A stretch of 64,000 nt of DNA from Lepidodermella squamata (taxonomy: Eukaryota; Animalia; Gastrotricha), in contig JBLDXI010000001.1 of the NCBI GenBank assembly GCA_047495785.1, positions 930,001-994,000 of the forward strand, written 5' to 3'. The notes beneath the pieces are model-generated. The model was not told the DNA's origin and did not search any database. It saw only the letters and a program-made list of their open reading frames with translations. This document shows, piece by piece, positions 12,270 through 24,300 of the stretch. How positions within the stretch are numbered: the first letter of the stretch is position 1; the number at the start of each line of letters is the position of its first letter. A program made the position numbers and the translations under genes.

Positions 12270-15200
12270 ATGCCTGTGCGACGTCTTTACAGGCTGTTCT
12301 CCAAGGAGAAGGTGCCCGAAAATGGCATGTACGACGATCCGAACATGCGGATAAACGTCGGCGATCACCCGTCGCGGCCCGACCTGCCGCCCGACCAGTG
12401 CGGCTGCTGTTACAGCCTGCCGTGCTGCTGCTGCGGCAAGCGTTACGTCATCGCTCTTCTGAGCTCGATCGGCTTCCTCATCTCGTTCGGCATCCGTTGC
12501 AACATGGGCATTGCCATCATTCAAATGACAGGCATAGCCAAGACGGATCTGCCCAAGGAGAAATTTATGCAAATGGAGCGCAACATCACCGCAGAAATCA
12601 TGAACCAACCTGTAAGTTACCACTATTAAAACCTCAAAAAAGATATAAAAAATTACGCCGAATAAGATTGATGTGTTTAAAATGGTAAGACAGCGCATTT
12701 AATCGTAACCGATCTCAAAAGCGTCGAGCACCGTGTAAATTTCCAAAAAAACGAATGAAGTCAAATCACTTCACCTTAGGGATAAAAAAATCATATGTAT
12801 TGAATGATCGTAATAATTATTGTAACCTATTTTTCTCTCAAATTTTTTACTCCGGCTCATCAACAGCAAGTGCGTAATTTAATTTAGGCCTTTTTCTTAC
12901 GAAATTTTTTCGAACACTTTCTGAAGTAGCGAATTTTTAGACGGTGTACATGCACCACCTATTTGCATAATTTAATTCAAATTTTCTGGATTTATTTAAA
13001 AAATAATCGTTTATTTGTCATTTCGCTCCGATGTTTCCTTGAACAGGGTTTAGACTTTGAGATGCGGATCAGGAATCATTCTATTGTCCAAATGGAAGCG
13101 ACAGAGGTACAGCTTGTAGTTTCAGAAATGAATGCAATTTAAAAAAAAATAATACACTTATGTCAGCTTTTAATGACAAAAAATATATATTTTAACTGCG
13201 TGAACTTGCTTCTAATACTCGCTGGAATTTTTAGATAGTTCGCTTTTGTTACCTTTTATGCAACGAGAAAAAAAACGCAGAATATTTTCATATCGCCATG
13301 TTTAGCACTGACTGTTTAATTTCAGCAACATTATTTATTTCAAGCTAATTTGTATACAAAAAACTAACAAAATATTGTTTATTTGTTTTTGTTAATTTCT
13401 TCGAAACGCTTATCGCGATTCCGTTCGGCTGACCGCGTAAAATGAATCGATGAACGATTTTTATTATCGTCGGCGTGGTGTCTCGTCCTGATGCTGATGT
13501 GTGGGATCTCCTTTTCCACCTTTCCTAACTACAACAACTACATGCTTCGCCTCGCAACTTTTCTTTTCAATTTGATTTCATTTCTCGCTTGGCTATCAGG
13601 CTACAACTGTTACAGTTAAACCTGAGGCTGGTTTTCCGACATTTTTATTTACTTTTTTGTTATTTTCCGCTTTGTCTCACGTGTGATGTGAAAATTAATA
13701 ATTAACAAAAAAATAGCTAGACAAACGTCTTCGTTTTCTTGCGATGGTTTCCTAGTTCAGAAAATTTAGCCGCTTGATCGTTGTATGTGCATGTCCAGCT
13801 TTTTGGCTGAAAGAGCAGGAAAACTATTTATCGTGGCATGCTTGAAAAATTTATCGAATTTTGAGTTAGCTTTACCGAAGCTGAACCGACGAACACACCA
13901 GAAATGCCGATTACCAATTATCACTCTTGATTTCGCTATTTTCCTAGGAAATAATCAAGCATTTTGGCGTAAACTTTATTCCAGAAAAAAGCTTTCCTAA
14001 ACGTGTTTAAATATTTGCTTGAAGTCACGAATACTAGTTTAGCCAATCGTTCGCTATGATGCACTGATTTTATTCAGCTGAATTTAACGATTTTTTTTGT
14101 CTTATTTCCGTTAACAGGAGCCGGAGTTCCAGTGGACTCCCGAAACAATTGGCCTTGTCGATAGCTCTTTTTTCTGGGGCTACATTGTAACTCAGGTGCC
14201 CGGTGGTTTTGCGGCTGGCCGCTATCCTGCTAACAAGTGAGTTGGAAAGGACAATTTTTGACCCAGTTTACCAAAAAAACATGGGTCATTTTTTATTTCG
14301 TCATCCACCCTTATAGGTCTCCAGAGAAATCCATCAGAATTTTCCCATTTTTTTAATTGAATTGATCGTAATTCCTTTTCCGATCGGGAAAAGCTCCTGA
14401 GAAAAGGATTGTCGGCAATCTAGAATTAATATCTACATTTTAGAGAGCAGGGTTGAGGAAAATATTTATTGACGTGTTTGTTTATTGTCCTTGGTTAATT
14501 GGTCTCCATGAATTAAGCTCAATCCTCGCAGCTAATTTGAGACTGTCCGCTTGAACAGTATCGATGTATGGGGCGATGAGTCAAAATCGAAACTACAACT
14601 TGTCTGTGGTTTTTAAGACAAATCGACAAAAATTATACCCATCACAGCTTTTCTTGTGGAATGTCTCTTTGATTTGAATAAGTTTAAAATTGTCTGTAAC
14701 TGGGCTTTTGTCTTTCTCATCTGACGGGGTATCAAAGTAATTTACCTTCAAAAATAAGCTGGCCTAATACTCCGGTACAACTGATGAACATTCGGGTCTT
14801 GTTGCTGCTTCGATTTGAAGGTTCCCGAGGATTCTGATGAGGCTTCAAAAATTGGAACAATCCTGAGAATCCAAGCTTCAAAGTTTATCAGGAGCAATCC
14901 ACAATCCAGAATTTCAACTTCGAACCTTTTAATAGTTCAAATCGAATCCACATAGGACTAATTGAAGATGAAAAGTATATCTGGAAGATCCAAAATTGAA
15001 ACTAAACTAAGCTAAACTAAAGTGACCTGTAAAAGGAAGCTCCCTTATATCTGGGAGAATGGAATCCTCTCAAAAATACAAATAAAATAAACAAATCCTT
15101 TGAAAAGCGGAGTCATTTGTTGAATGATTGTTGAAAAAATGTTCGATATTTTTGTTCGCATCAGATTATTTGGCTACGCATTGTTAATCTCGTCAATCCT

Positions 15201-17559
15201 CAACATGTTCATACCCGCGGCTGCTGAGGTCCACTTTTCCGTCGTCATGGTTGTCCGAGTTATGCAAGGCCTCGTCGAAGGCGTCACGTACCCAGCGTGC
15301 CATGGCATATGGCGATTTTGGGCGCCGCCGCTCGAACGCTCAAAGCTGGCGACCATCTCGTTCTGCGGCTCGTACGCCGGCGCCGTCATCGGCATGCCGC
15401 TGTCGGGCCTGCTGACCGAGCACGTCGGCTGGCGGTCGACCTTCTACTTCTTCGGCGTCATCGGCGTCTGCTGGTGGGTGGTGTGGCACTTCATGAGCTT
15501 CGAAAAGCCCTCCACGCACCCGTCGATCAGCGACGAGGAGCGCATCTACATCGAAACGTCGCTTGGCGGCAATACTCGCGATCTCGGCAAAAATTACCCG
15601 ATTCCTTGGAAAGCTTTCTTCTCGTCATCGCCAGTCTACGCTATCATGGTAGCAAATTGTACGTTCCACGACCCCCTTCTATAAATCCTCAATATTTATT
15701 CTTTTATTTTAGTTTGCCGCTCGTGGACCTTTTACCTGTTAATCATCAGTCAGCCGACTTATTTCAGTGAAGTACTCAAGTATAACATTGCCAGTTCGGG
15801 TTTCCTGTCAGCACTCCCGCATCTCATCATGGCCATCATCGTACCGTTTGGTGGTCAATTGTAAGTTTAACCTTCATTCTCAGAGAGAAATCCAGAATCT
15901 ATTTTCGTTATCTGAACTAATTTTCCTGCATTCGCAATAAATCGTAGATGTCCTCAGAAACTAATCAGTTTAAGTGGCTCTAAGTTGATACAGTTCAATT
16001 TTACTTAATCGCGTCCGTTACGTAGGTTTTTGAGATTGGCTTGTTATGGTCACTTTGGGCTCGTTTCTCCCTGATGACGTAAACATTGCTAATTATTGCA
16101 AGAGGTTAGCGGAAAAGGTCTGCGATGAGCGCACTCAAATTTTCAGACAATTTGGGTTTTTTGGCAGTGAAGAGATTAACCGTACATTCGAAGATTTTCC
16201 ACTCAATTTGAAGCTTCATCAAGATGAAAAAAACAGTAAGGTAGCTTCGAATGAATGGTCACTAGTAAGTATATATGTATCAGGTTTTATGGGCCGAATC
16301 TTTGAGAATCGATTTCGTTCTCACCCTGGATCTTTTTCGAATCACTAATTTATGCAAGAAGAGGTTAAAAACTCGAAAAATGCTAAGATTTTTAGCTATA
16401 ATATAATCGTGCGAAGCGCTACTAAAATTTACTACTATTTAACGGATTTAGCGCTACTACGGATTTAGCGCTACTATTTACGGAGGCTAATAATGCCCTC
16501 ATTTAGGGACGCGAATCACACCACGTGCTCAGATGCGTTACTGTGAACTAATCCCTTCCCCCTCATAACCCTGGGATATTTTATTTTAGCTACCTTGTAC
16601 AATGAGTAAAATTGATAGCTATGTCAATGCTGGCTTCCAAGACTTCTGAGAGTTCATTATCAGAAAAATCACTGATTTATTAAATCGATACTTCGAGTCG
16701 GTATTAGTTCTCTGGTGAAAAAAATCGGATATAGGGGAGACGCATTACTTGGAAACAATATTTTGGGAAAATCTAGTGCATTAGCCTGTAATTCGGGCTT
16801 GAACCCTAAAGTTAGGGTGTCCAAGCTCCTTTTGAATGATATAAAAATGATGGAAAACTGTTCAATTAATTGCTGAATTTTCTTGTAATTTGCAGAGCGG
16901 ACTTCTTGCGGATGAGAGGCGTGCTAACAACGACAACTGTTCGAAAGATTTTCAACTGCGGCGGCTTCGGCATGGAAGCCATCTTCCTGCTGGCGGTCGG
17001 CTTCTCGAACAGTTCCCTCGCCGCGGTTACGTTCCTGACGATAGCCGTTGGCTTCAGCGGCTTCGCCATATCCGGTTTCAACGTCAACCACCTCGACATC
17101 GCGCCGCGCTACGCCTCCATCCTCATGGGCATGTCCAACGGCGTCGGCACGCTGTCCGGCATGCTGTGCCCTATCGTTGTGCAAATGTTGACTAAACACA
17201 AGACGAACGCCGAGTGGGAGGTTGTCTTCATCATAGCGAGTATGATCCACTTTGGCGGCGTTATTTTTTATGCAATTTTCGCCTCCGGAGAGAAACAGCC
17301 CTGGGCTGACCCGCCGACAGACGACAGCGACGCCTACCCGCTGGACAAGGCCGCGGGTGGCGCCAACCAGTACGGCGCCACTGAGACTGCGCTCGAAAAC
17401 ACAAATTACAGCGGCCCGGAGCCGGCGTTGATGCACCAAGGCGGCGGCTACAACCAGGAAGAACCGCCAGACTACTACACAGCCGATGGCCAGCAACACC
17501 AGGGCGTCGACCCGTCAGCCGGGCGGGTTGCTATTTCGTGGGACCAAAACTATCACTGA
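12270..17559 (+). CDS. VGLUT: Vesicular glutamate transporter (SLC17A6/7/8, eat-4-like), intact copy; exons 12270-12611, 14118-14236, 15165-15658, 15713-15860, 16896-17559
   Basis: [13 protein letters not shown]; [16 protein letters not shown]; [16 protein letters not shown]; ANFCRSWTFY; [12 protein letters not shown]; [19 protein letters not shown]; ASGEKQPWA. Splice phases are consistent. Confidence 0.95.
16416..16483. repeat. Short imperfect tandem repeat (acggatttagcgctact) in VGLUT intron 4
   Basis: Three gcgctacta cores; absent from the equivalent intron of copy 2. Confidence 0.6.
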
Positions 17560-18397
17560 TTTTTAAATAATTTTATCATTGTTAAATTATAGTTAGTTGT
17601 CATTCAAATTACCATCATTTTAGTAAAATTTTCGAATTTTTCTCATAAATGTAAAACAGCGAAAAATCACATCGATTTTTTTTATAATTACAACTATAAC
17701 GGGTCATGCGTAGAATCTTTAGAGGTGCTTATTCTGCGAAATTCCTTTGCTTTGCGCGGCCCTTCAAAGTGGCATAGACCGCCATTTTTTCTAACCAGAA
17801 AAAAAATTATCATCCGCCTTTGATAAAACTGATAATTGTATTCGATTTCAGCAAAAATTGTGGTGTGTAATTTTTGTCCGACTGAAAAATCTTTCTCGCT
17901 GGTCCAGTTTTACTTTATTTTACGAAAAATCCCTTATAAATCTCATCCTCCTTTCCCTTTTTGCGATACGGTTATGATATAGAAAAACTCTTATTAACCA
18001 ATAATTATTTGTTGAATTATTTTATAACTCTGCGGAGGAATAGTAGTTCTCCGCGCGCGCGAACTTGTGATCTATCTCATCGATCTCTCTTCTGATTGCT
18101 ATGTATGTGAATCATTGTCGGTGCGTAATTTACTTACCTTGTGGCCAGATGAGGAATGTTAAAGCAGCCACTTTGTTTTGTCATCGTGTATTCCCAGCTC
18201 TCTCGATATAATATGGGAGTTAGCCTTTGTGAATTGTGACAACAAAATCAGCATTTTTGCATCGTTCTCGTTATTCAATTTTATTACTTTAAAATTATTT
18301 ATCCAGCTTAAATTTATATAATTTCTCTATGATATATTATATTAATTATGGTTCAACGTCAGTAAAACAATGTATAGACGGTCTCTCTTTTTTCTTT

Positions 18398-18724
18398 TTA
18401 ACAAAGGTTAAACATTCCAGTGTTCAGATTGACAGGTGGTAGAAATCGCTGTTCACGCATTAATTCCTCCACCACCACCCACCACGGCAGTTGATTAAAG
18501 TGGGTGACCATGAAGCATTCGTTCGAATGGGGCCGGTGAGCTCGCTGCGGCTCTACATGCAGGTTCTGCCGCGCAACCCAGTCAACTTTGTCTTGTTTAT
18601 TCAGCGAGAGATCGCGATAGACGCTATACGTGGTTTTATACCTGCTACGCTCCATTTAATCCGGTCGGTCATAGGTCTGGCGCCACATATCTGCAACACG
18701 CATCGGCATTCATGTTCGCAGTAG
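18398..18724 (-). pseudogene. Frameshifted copy of the unknown gene at 27569-27940
   Basis: Near-identical peptide MERSRYKTTYSVY...PPVNLNTGMFNL, but a net 62-nt deletion just after the ATG; homology ends at ~18724. Confidence 0.7.
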
Positions 18725-19260
18725 ACTCGATCAGTGAGTTTTGGGTGAAAAGGGAACATTTCATCAAAATCGATGCGACAGAACATTTGTATGCTTCTCG
18801 CTTATTTTTGCGGACCCTAATTATAAATCTTGTCACCATGGATCTATTTCATCTCGTCGGGGAAAAATTGATATTTCATTGTGAAATTCCCTTTTAAATT
18901 GAATAAAATGGATATAATTTTTTCAGTTAGCAAATGAAATACACCCCATGTTAAGTCGAAAACCTCGGATTTACGGTTGTTAACGTCAGTTTTAAGGTGA
19001 GAGGTGAATTGAAGAGTCTTTTGTCTTTGCCTCTTCATTATTTTATTTATTTATTATCTATGAGCCATTCATCCATAGTGAGTTGGAAAGCTCAGCTGTA
19101 AAAAAAAAGTAGTGATTAAGTGAATTGCAAAACTATACAACAAGACGGCGTGTTTTAGGACAGGTAGAATAACAAAGAGGACAAAAGTATGCATGAAAAT
19201 CATGGCAACAACATGAGACGTTTTCATCAATTGTTATAAAAATATATAAAAGAGGCAATT

Positions 19261-19545
19261 TCATTTTTCGATAGCAGGTTTAGTGGTGAGCTCGGTAGTA
19301 GGCTCGGTAGTGGTTTTGCTTTGTTGTTGGACCAGATGTTCGTAGACCAACTGCCTGCACTGATCGGCGGTGGATGCTGCTCGGATCTCGTCTGGAAGGC
19401 TGTTGCAGAAGACTGCTCCATAGTACGGTAGGCAACGTTCCATTGTTCTCGATTTTGTTTTTGGTGGTTGCAGGATGTTGGTCAAGCCATTTAAGGCTGA
19501 TTGTTTTCGAGTAGGAGCCGTTGGTTTGTTCACGCTAATAACCAC
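19261..19545 (-). mobile_element. 3' end fragment of a non-LTR retrotransposon ORF2
   Basis: ERCLPYYGAVFCNSLPDEIRAAS resembles the F.YR....WN.LP..IR C-terminal motif of CR1/L2/Jockey-type LINEs. Confidence 0.6.
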
Positions 19546-19719
19546 CGATTTTTACTTATCACTTATCACCTTGAAATGGATGTAAGGAAGTCTCTCAGGT
19601 TCTCAATCTCTCAGCAAGGGTTCTCAATCACGTAAATCATCGTCGCGCGTCGCGCCAATCGGCGAAGTAACATGTACGTCTTTTTTGCTGTAGCTCTATA
19701 TTATACGGTCATTCGAGCT

Positions 19720-19912
19720 ATTCTTAGGGTACGGTTCGTCGGGCTGTACAACAGGTACAGGACTGTATCTCACGCTACAGTCAATAATAGCTGTGTACAG
19801 CTAAACCAACTGTACCCGCAGTACAGCTCGAGTGGACGTACTGTACCGTTCGTACAGCATTGAAGACTGTAGCTAGGATTACAGCCCAAAAATACTGTAC
19901 ATAAAGTACAGG
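19720..19912. repeat. GTAC(A)-rich degenerate repeat tract
   Basis: About ten ctgtac/gtacag motifs in both orientations, possibly transposon subterminal repeats. Confidence 0.5.
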
Positions 19913-20889
19913 AGTTTTTTGCCTTAAGTGCGGGTTCTTCCGCGACGTGAACGACATCGTTCCCCAGTTTACCGATCGCTAGTTCGTTGATCGCTTTCGT
20001 CTAACACGCGATGCCTTTGCCATTTTATGCAATATTTTACGTCCGGATATAAGCCAGATTCATTTTGAAAATTCTTCAACAGAAGTGCTTGTTAATTTTT
20101 AATAGATGTGAAATTTGAACTTAACCTAGCTGGCTCATCCCGGTAAAATGCGGCTAAAATCAGTTATATTGAGAAATAATTCATTATCACAAATTCTTAG
20201 ATTTTTGCGCCTGTTGAACAAATTGGCCTCGCACGGAATTTCAATAAGAGAAACCCAAAACGTTCCAGATTTAATTGCGATAATTCCAGAATTTTCGAAT
20301 TTATTCGGTAACCCATTCTGCTTTGACTTTTAACATGATAATAACTACCAGCCCGATTCAAAAAAATTATTTCGGTATTGATAATCATGAGAAAAGCCTC
20401 CTAATTACCATGATTTCTCCAAAAGGCCTAAGGCCATAGATCCGAAACATGATCCAAATGACCCTAGTGGACCAACGATCATTTTCATTTAATTACTGTC
20501 AACAGATGCCTTTACGGAAAAAAATCCGTGTCCTTAAAAAGCGATATCGGGCTTGGTTTTAGATATGGCTAACCACTAAAAACAACGTCTCCTTAGCAAC
20601 TGAGAAAAAAACGTAGCCACGCACTTATGATTCATCGCTAGCTCTTTAACAAGCTCTTTGCACCTCGTTAGCTAGATAAGTGCACGACCCACAGCCCCGA
20701 CCCCGTGCACTAATCGAGGGAGCACTGTATTTAGCAATTTAGCGCTCCTTTTATTTAATCTTCACGGTGCCCACGGCCACGCCGGTTTATCAAGCAGCAC
20801 AAGCCCGGCTCAGGCTCCGAACAGGCTGCTACCAGCAGAAATGACAGCCACGGCGGTCAGCAGCACCACCACGGCAACAGCCCTCTGGC

Positions 20890-21390
20890 AGCTTTATTTC
20901 GACAAATAAAAATTGGGCTAAAGTTTAACGTGAACATGCTTTACGAAGCTTAATGACTGTAGGTCGACGGACTGTCAACGCCTCGACAGCACGACTATGC
21001 AATTTAGTTTTTAGACTTTGCCCGCCAGGGGCAAGGTGAATTCTATATACTTTAAAACCCCTTATTTTCGCTGTATTTTCGCCATTGCCATAATCACGCG
21101 TGGTCTCAAGTTCACTAAAAGCCACTTGCTAGTTTGTTTAAGTTGATTTCGCGCATCCGAGTGCGCCCATTGTTCTATCCGCGCGCACGAAACGGTACCT
21201 GCCGGCGGAAAACGCGATCGCATATTGTTCCGTGAAACATCTGTGAACGCAAGCGCGCCGCGTATTATTCAGCTAAGTTGCGCAACTCCTGACCCACCGC
21301 GAATTCTGTACCCGCGAAAATAAGGGGTTTTCCAGGAAACAGCTTTATTTCGACAAAATAACATAGCGTTAAAGTTTAACGTGAACATGC
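20890..21390 (+). repeat. Diverged ~50-bp direct repeat (20890-20939 and 21341-21390) at the duplication junction
   Basis: agctttatttcgacaaa...taaagtttaacgtgaacatgc occurs twice. Confidence 0.8.
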
Positions 21391-24300
21391 GGATAAAAGG
21401 CGGCGACCACCCTTCGCGGCCCGACCTGCCGCCCGACCATCGCGGCTGCTGTTACCGCCTGCCGTGCTGCTGCTGCGGCAAGCGTTACGTCATCGCTCTT
21501 CTGAGCTCGATCGGCTTCCTCATCTCGTTCAGCATCCGTTGCAACATGGGCTTTGCCATCACTCAAATGACAGGCATGGCCAAGACGGATCTGCCCGAGG
21601 AGGAATCTATGCAAATGGAGCGCAACATCACCGCAGAAATCATGAACCAAACTGTAAGTTACCACGTTTAACACCACCTCAACAAAAAGCATATACAAAA
21701 TCACGCCGAATAAGATTGATGCGTTTTTGATCGTAAAGTGGTAAGACAGCGCATTTGATCGTAGTAGTGTCTGATGTTGAGGTTCTCAAGAGACGCTTGC
21801 TTTGAAATATGATCATAATGAAGTACAATTCAGGATTAATATTCGTCTCTCCGCTGTCGAGAAAAAATCAACGATAAAAAGCGTATGGCTACATTAGTTT
21901 CTCTAACTACCCGGATTCTATTAACTGGATAGAGACATTCGCCAATCTATCTGTGGACCTTCGCTATAATCGTTTTCTTCATGCCCGTTATAAGGGAATC
22001 TTGCTGTTTGTACCTCGGCGTAAATCTACTGTCAAATTAGAGCTGTGCCGGTCCGAAAACGCACGGGGTCAACCCTTGCGTCAACCGCGGACCGAAAGGA
22101 CCGGGTCGGTCCGGGCCACCTTGGAAAAAGTTGCCAGTTAACCGGATTAACCGAGCTGTAACAGATAAATTACGAATTAGCCATGACAAGCGGTCAAACG
22201 GATATGAATTGAGAAGACATGAAATCAATGACTTATTCGCGCATTTTTTGTGGCTTCAGGAAGAACACTCAACAAAAAATCAATCAATCGATTGCCAATA
22301 ATCAATAATCGAAAATCGATATCTACCAGGACAAATCTGACATCGCCAATGAATTCCTCGTCGAAAGTTACCTTAGAGCATAGATGTACTTCTGTTCTCT
22401 ATGCCCTAGAGTGTGCTTCCTTTCGATTTATATTAAGAATCTTGCTTGTTCTTTATCGATTCCTGTTGCTTTCATTTTCAGCCTCATGTTAAACAGTAGG
22501 GAATTACCCTTAGTGTGGAAACACATCAATGTTGCACCAATTTTCAAGCGTAGCGGTGATGCCTCATGTGCTGGAAACTATTGCCCAATTAGCCTTTTAA
22601 ATGTATTCTTTGTAAAACTATTGTATTCTAAATTTATTCCATTGTATTCTAAATGTATTCTAAATGTATTCTATTGTTAACGAACATCTTCTTCTAGGGT
22701 AAGGTATCTAACCTAAATCTGCATAAAAACGTTTTTCAAGCGCTTGTCAATCCGTAACCATGAGGTTCTCCGGGCTTATATTTTGATCATAAGCAGTCAA
22801 AACCCATTCCAGTAAGCTCACAAAATCTCTTGAGCCAATTCATCACCGTTACGGAGCCATCGTTGGTGAAAGTCAAAAAAGCAAAAATTTAAAATTGCTC
22901 AAGGGTGCCATAAACCTGCATTAAAGCTTCAATTCTGAACCTAAACTGCATACTCGCTCAATTTGCGTCCTTTTGAGTTCAAACTTTGTGGATTTGTAAA
23001 TTAAAGTATATGCTTAACAAGCTGGAACCTTTCAAATAATCATACTACAAAATGCGCATCAAAATAAAATAGCTGAAAGGAATATAAGGTATAATAGCCA
23101 TTGCCCAACTCCTAATCTAATGCCGAATGCATGTGAAAGCGAATCTTGCTGTGATTTTTTGTACACTAATTTCATGATGCTGAATCCGAATAGGGCCACT
23201 GAATAACGTCAATTGTCAAGCTTCCTGGTTTTCTACGAATTTAACGTAGTTTTCGATGCTTAGACTGTGCCGAGAGATTCCAATTCATCAAAATTCGAAT
23301 TCATGGTTGAATTAGGTATACGACACATTTTGGTTTAAAATCTCATCCCATAAAGCATTGGATAGCGTCGCTAAGTAGACGTTTATTTTTAATTTATTTG
23401 CTTGAAGTCACGAATACTAGTTTAGCCAATCGTTCGCTATGATGCGATAAATTTATTGAGGTGGTTTAACAATTTTTTGTCATATTTCCGTTAACAGGAG
23501 CCGGAGTTCCAGTGGACTCCCGAAACAATTGGCCTTGTCGATAGCTCTTTTTTCTGGGGCTACATTGTATCTCAGGTGCCCGGTGGTTTTGCGGCTGTCC
23601 GCTTTCCTGCTAACAAGTGAGTTGGACAATTTGTGACCCAGTTTCACCAAAGCATGGGCCATTTTTCTAATTCGCCATCCACCCATGTCGGTCTCCGGAG
23701 AAATCCATCAGAATTTTCCCATTGCTAATTGAATTCCTTGCCGAACGGGCAAAGCTCATGAGAAAACGTTGAAATTCACGCCTAAGCTAATATTCCCCTA
23801 TTCGTCGCTACCTTATAGAAGGCAGGGTTTTGAGGCAAATATTGACGTGTTTTTTGCTGTCCTCGGTTAATTGGTCTCAATGTGTTAAGCCTAATCCTCG
23901 CTGCCGTTGTAATTTGAATTCAGTCAGTTCAAAAATGTCTTTGCCGATATTCTCGTGCACTAATTCTCGCTGGCACGAAAATCCTGACGGGATATCCAAT
24001 TAGTTATGCGTCCATAGCCGAAGCAGATCCCAAATTTTTACACATCGGAACTTCCCGTCAGACAGGATAACAGGGATAATTTAGCTCGAAAAATTTGCTG
24101 GCCTGATACTTGGAATAACTGGTGAAAATTCAGGTTTTTGTTGCTGCTTCGATCCGAAGATTCCGGAGGGTTCCAATGAGACTTCAAAAATTGAACCAAT
24201 TCTGAGGATCTAAGCTTCAACGTTTATCACAAAACCTGCCACCAGAAATCCGGGCTTAGGAACTTCGAACCTTTAAACAGTTCATATCCATTATATGGCT

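Noticed and set aside
15174-17499. Overlapping alternative-frame and antisense ORFs in VGLUT (likewise in ACC, RPL12, MACPF and twitchin)
   Set aside because: Shadow ORFs from GC-rich codon usage; no recognisable motifs.
22038-22160. hAT-like end (tagagctg) with ccgg/accg subrepeats; similar tract at 39350-39440
   Set aside because: No partner TIR or TSD identified, so it cannot be delimited.
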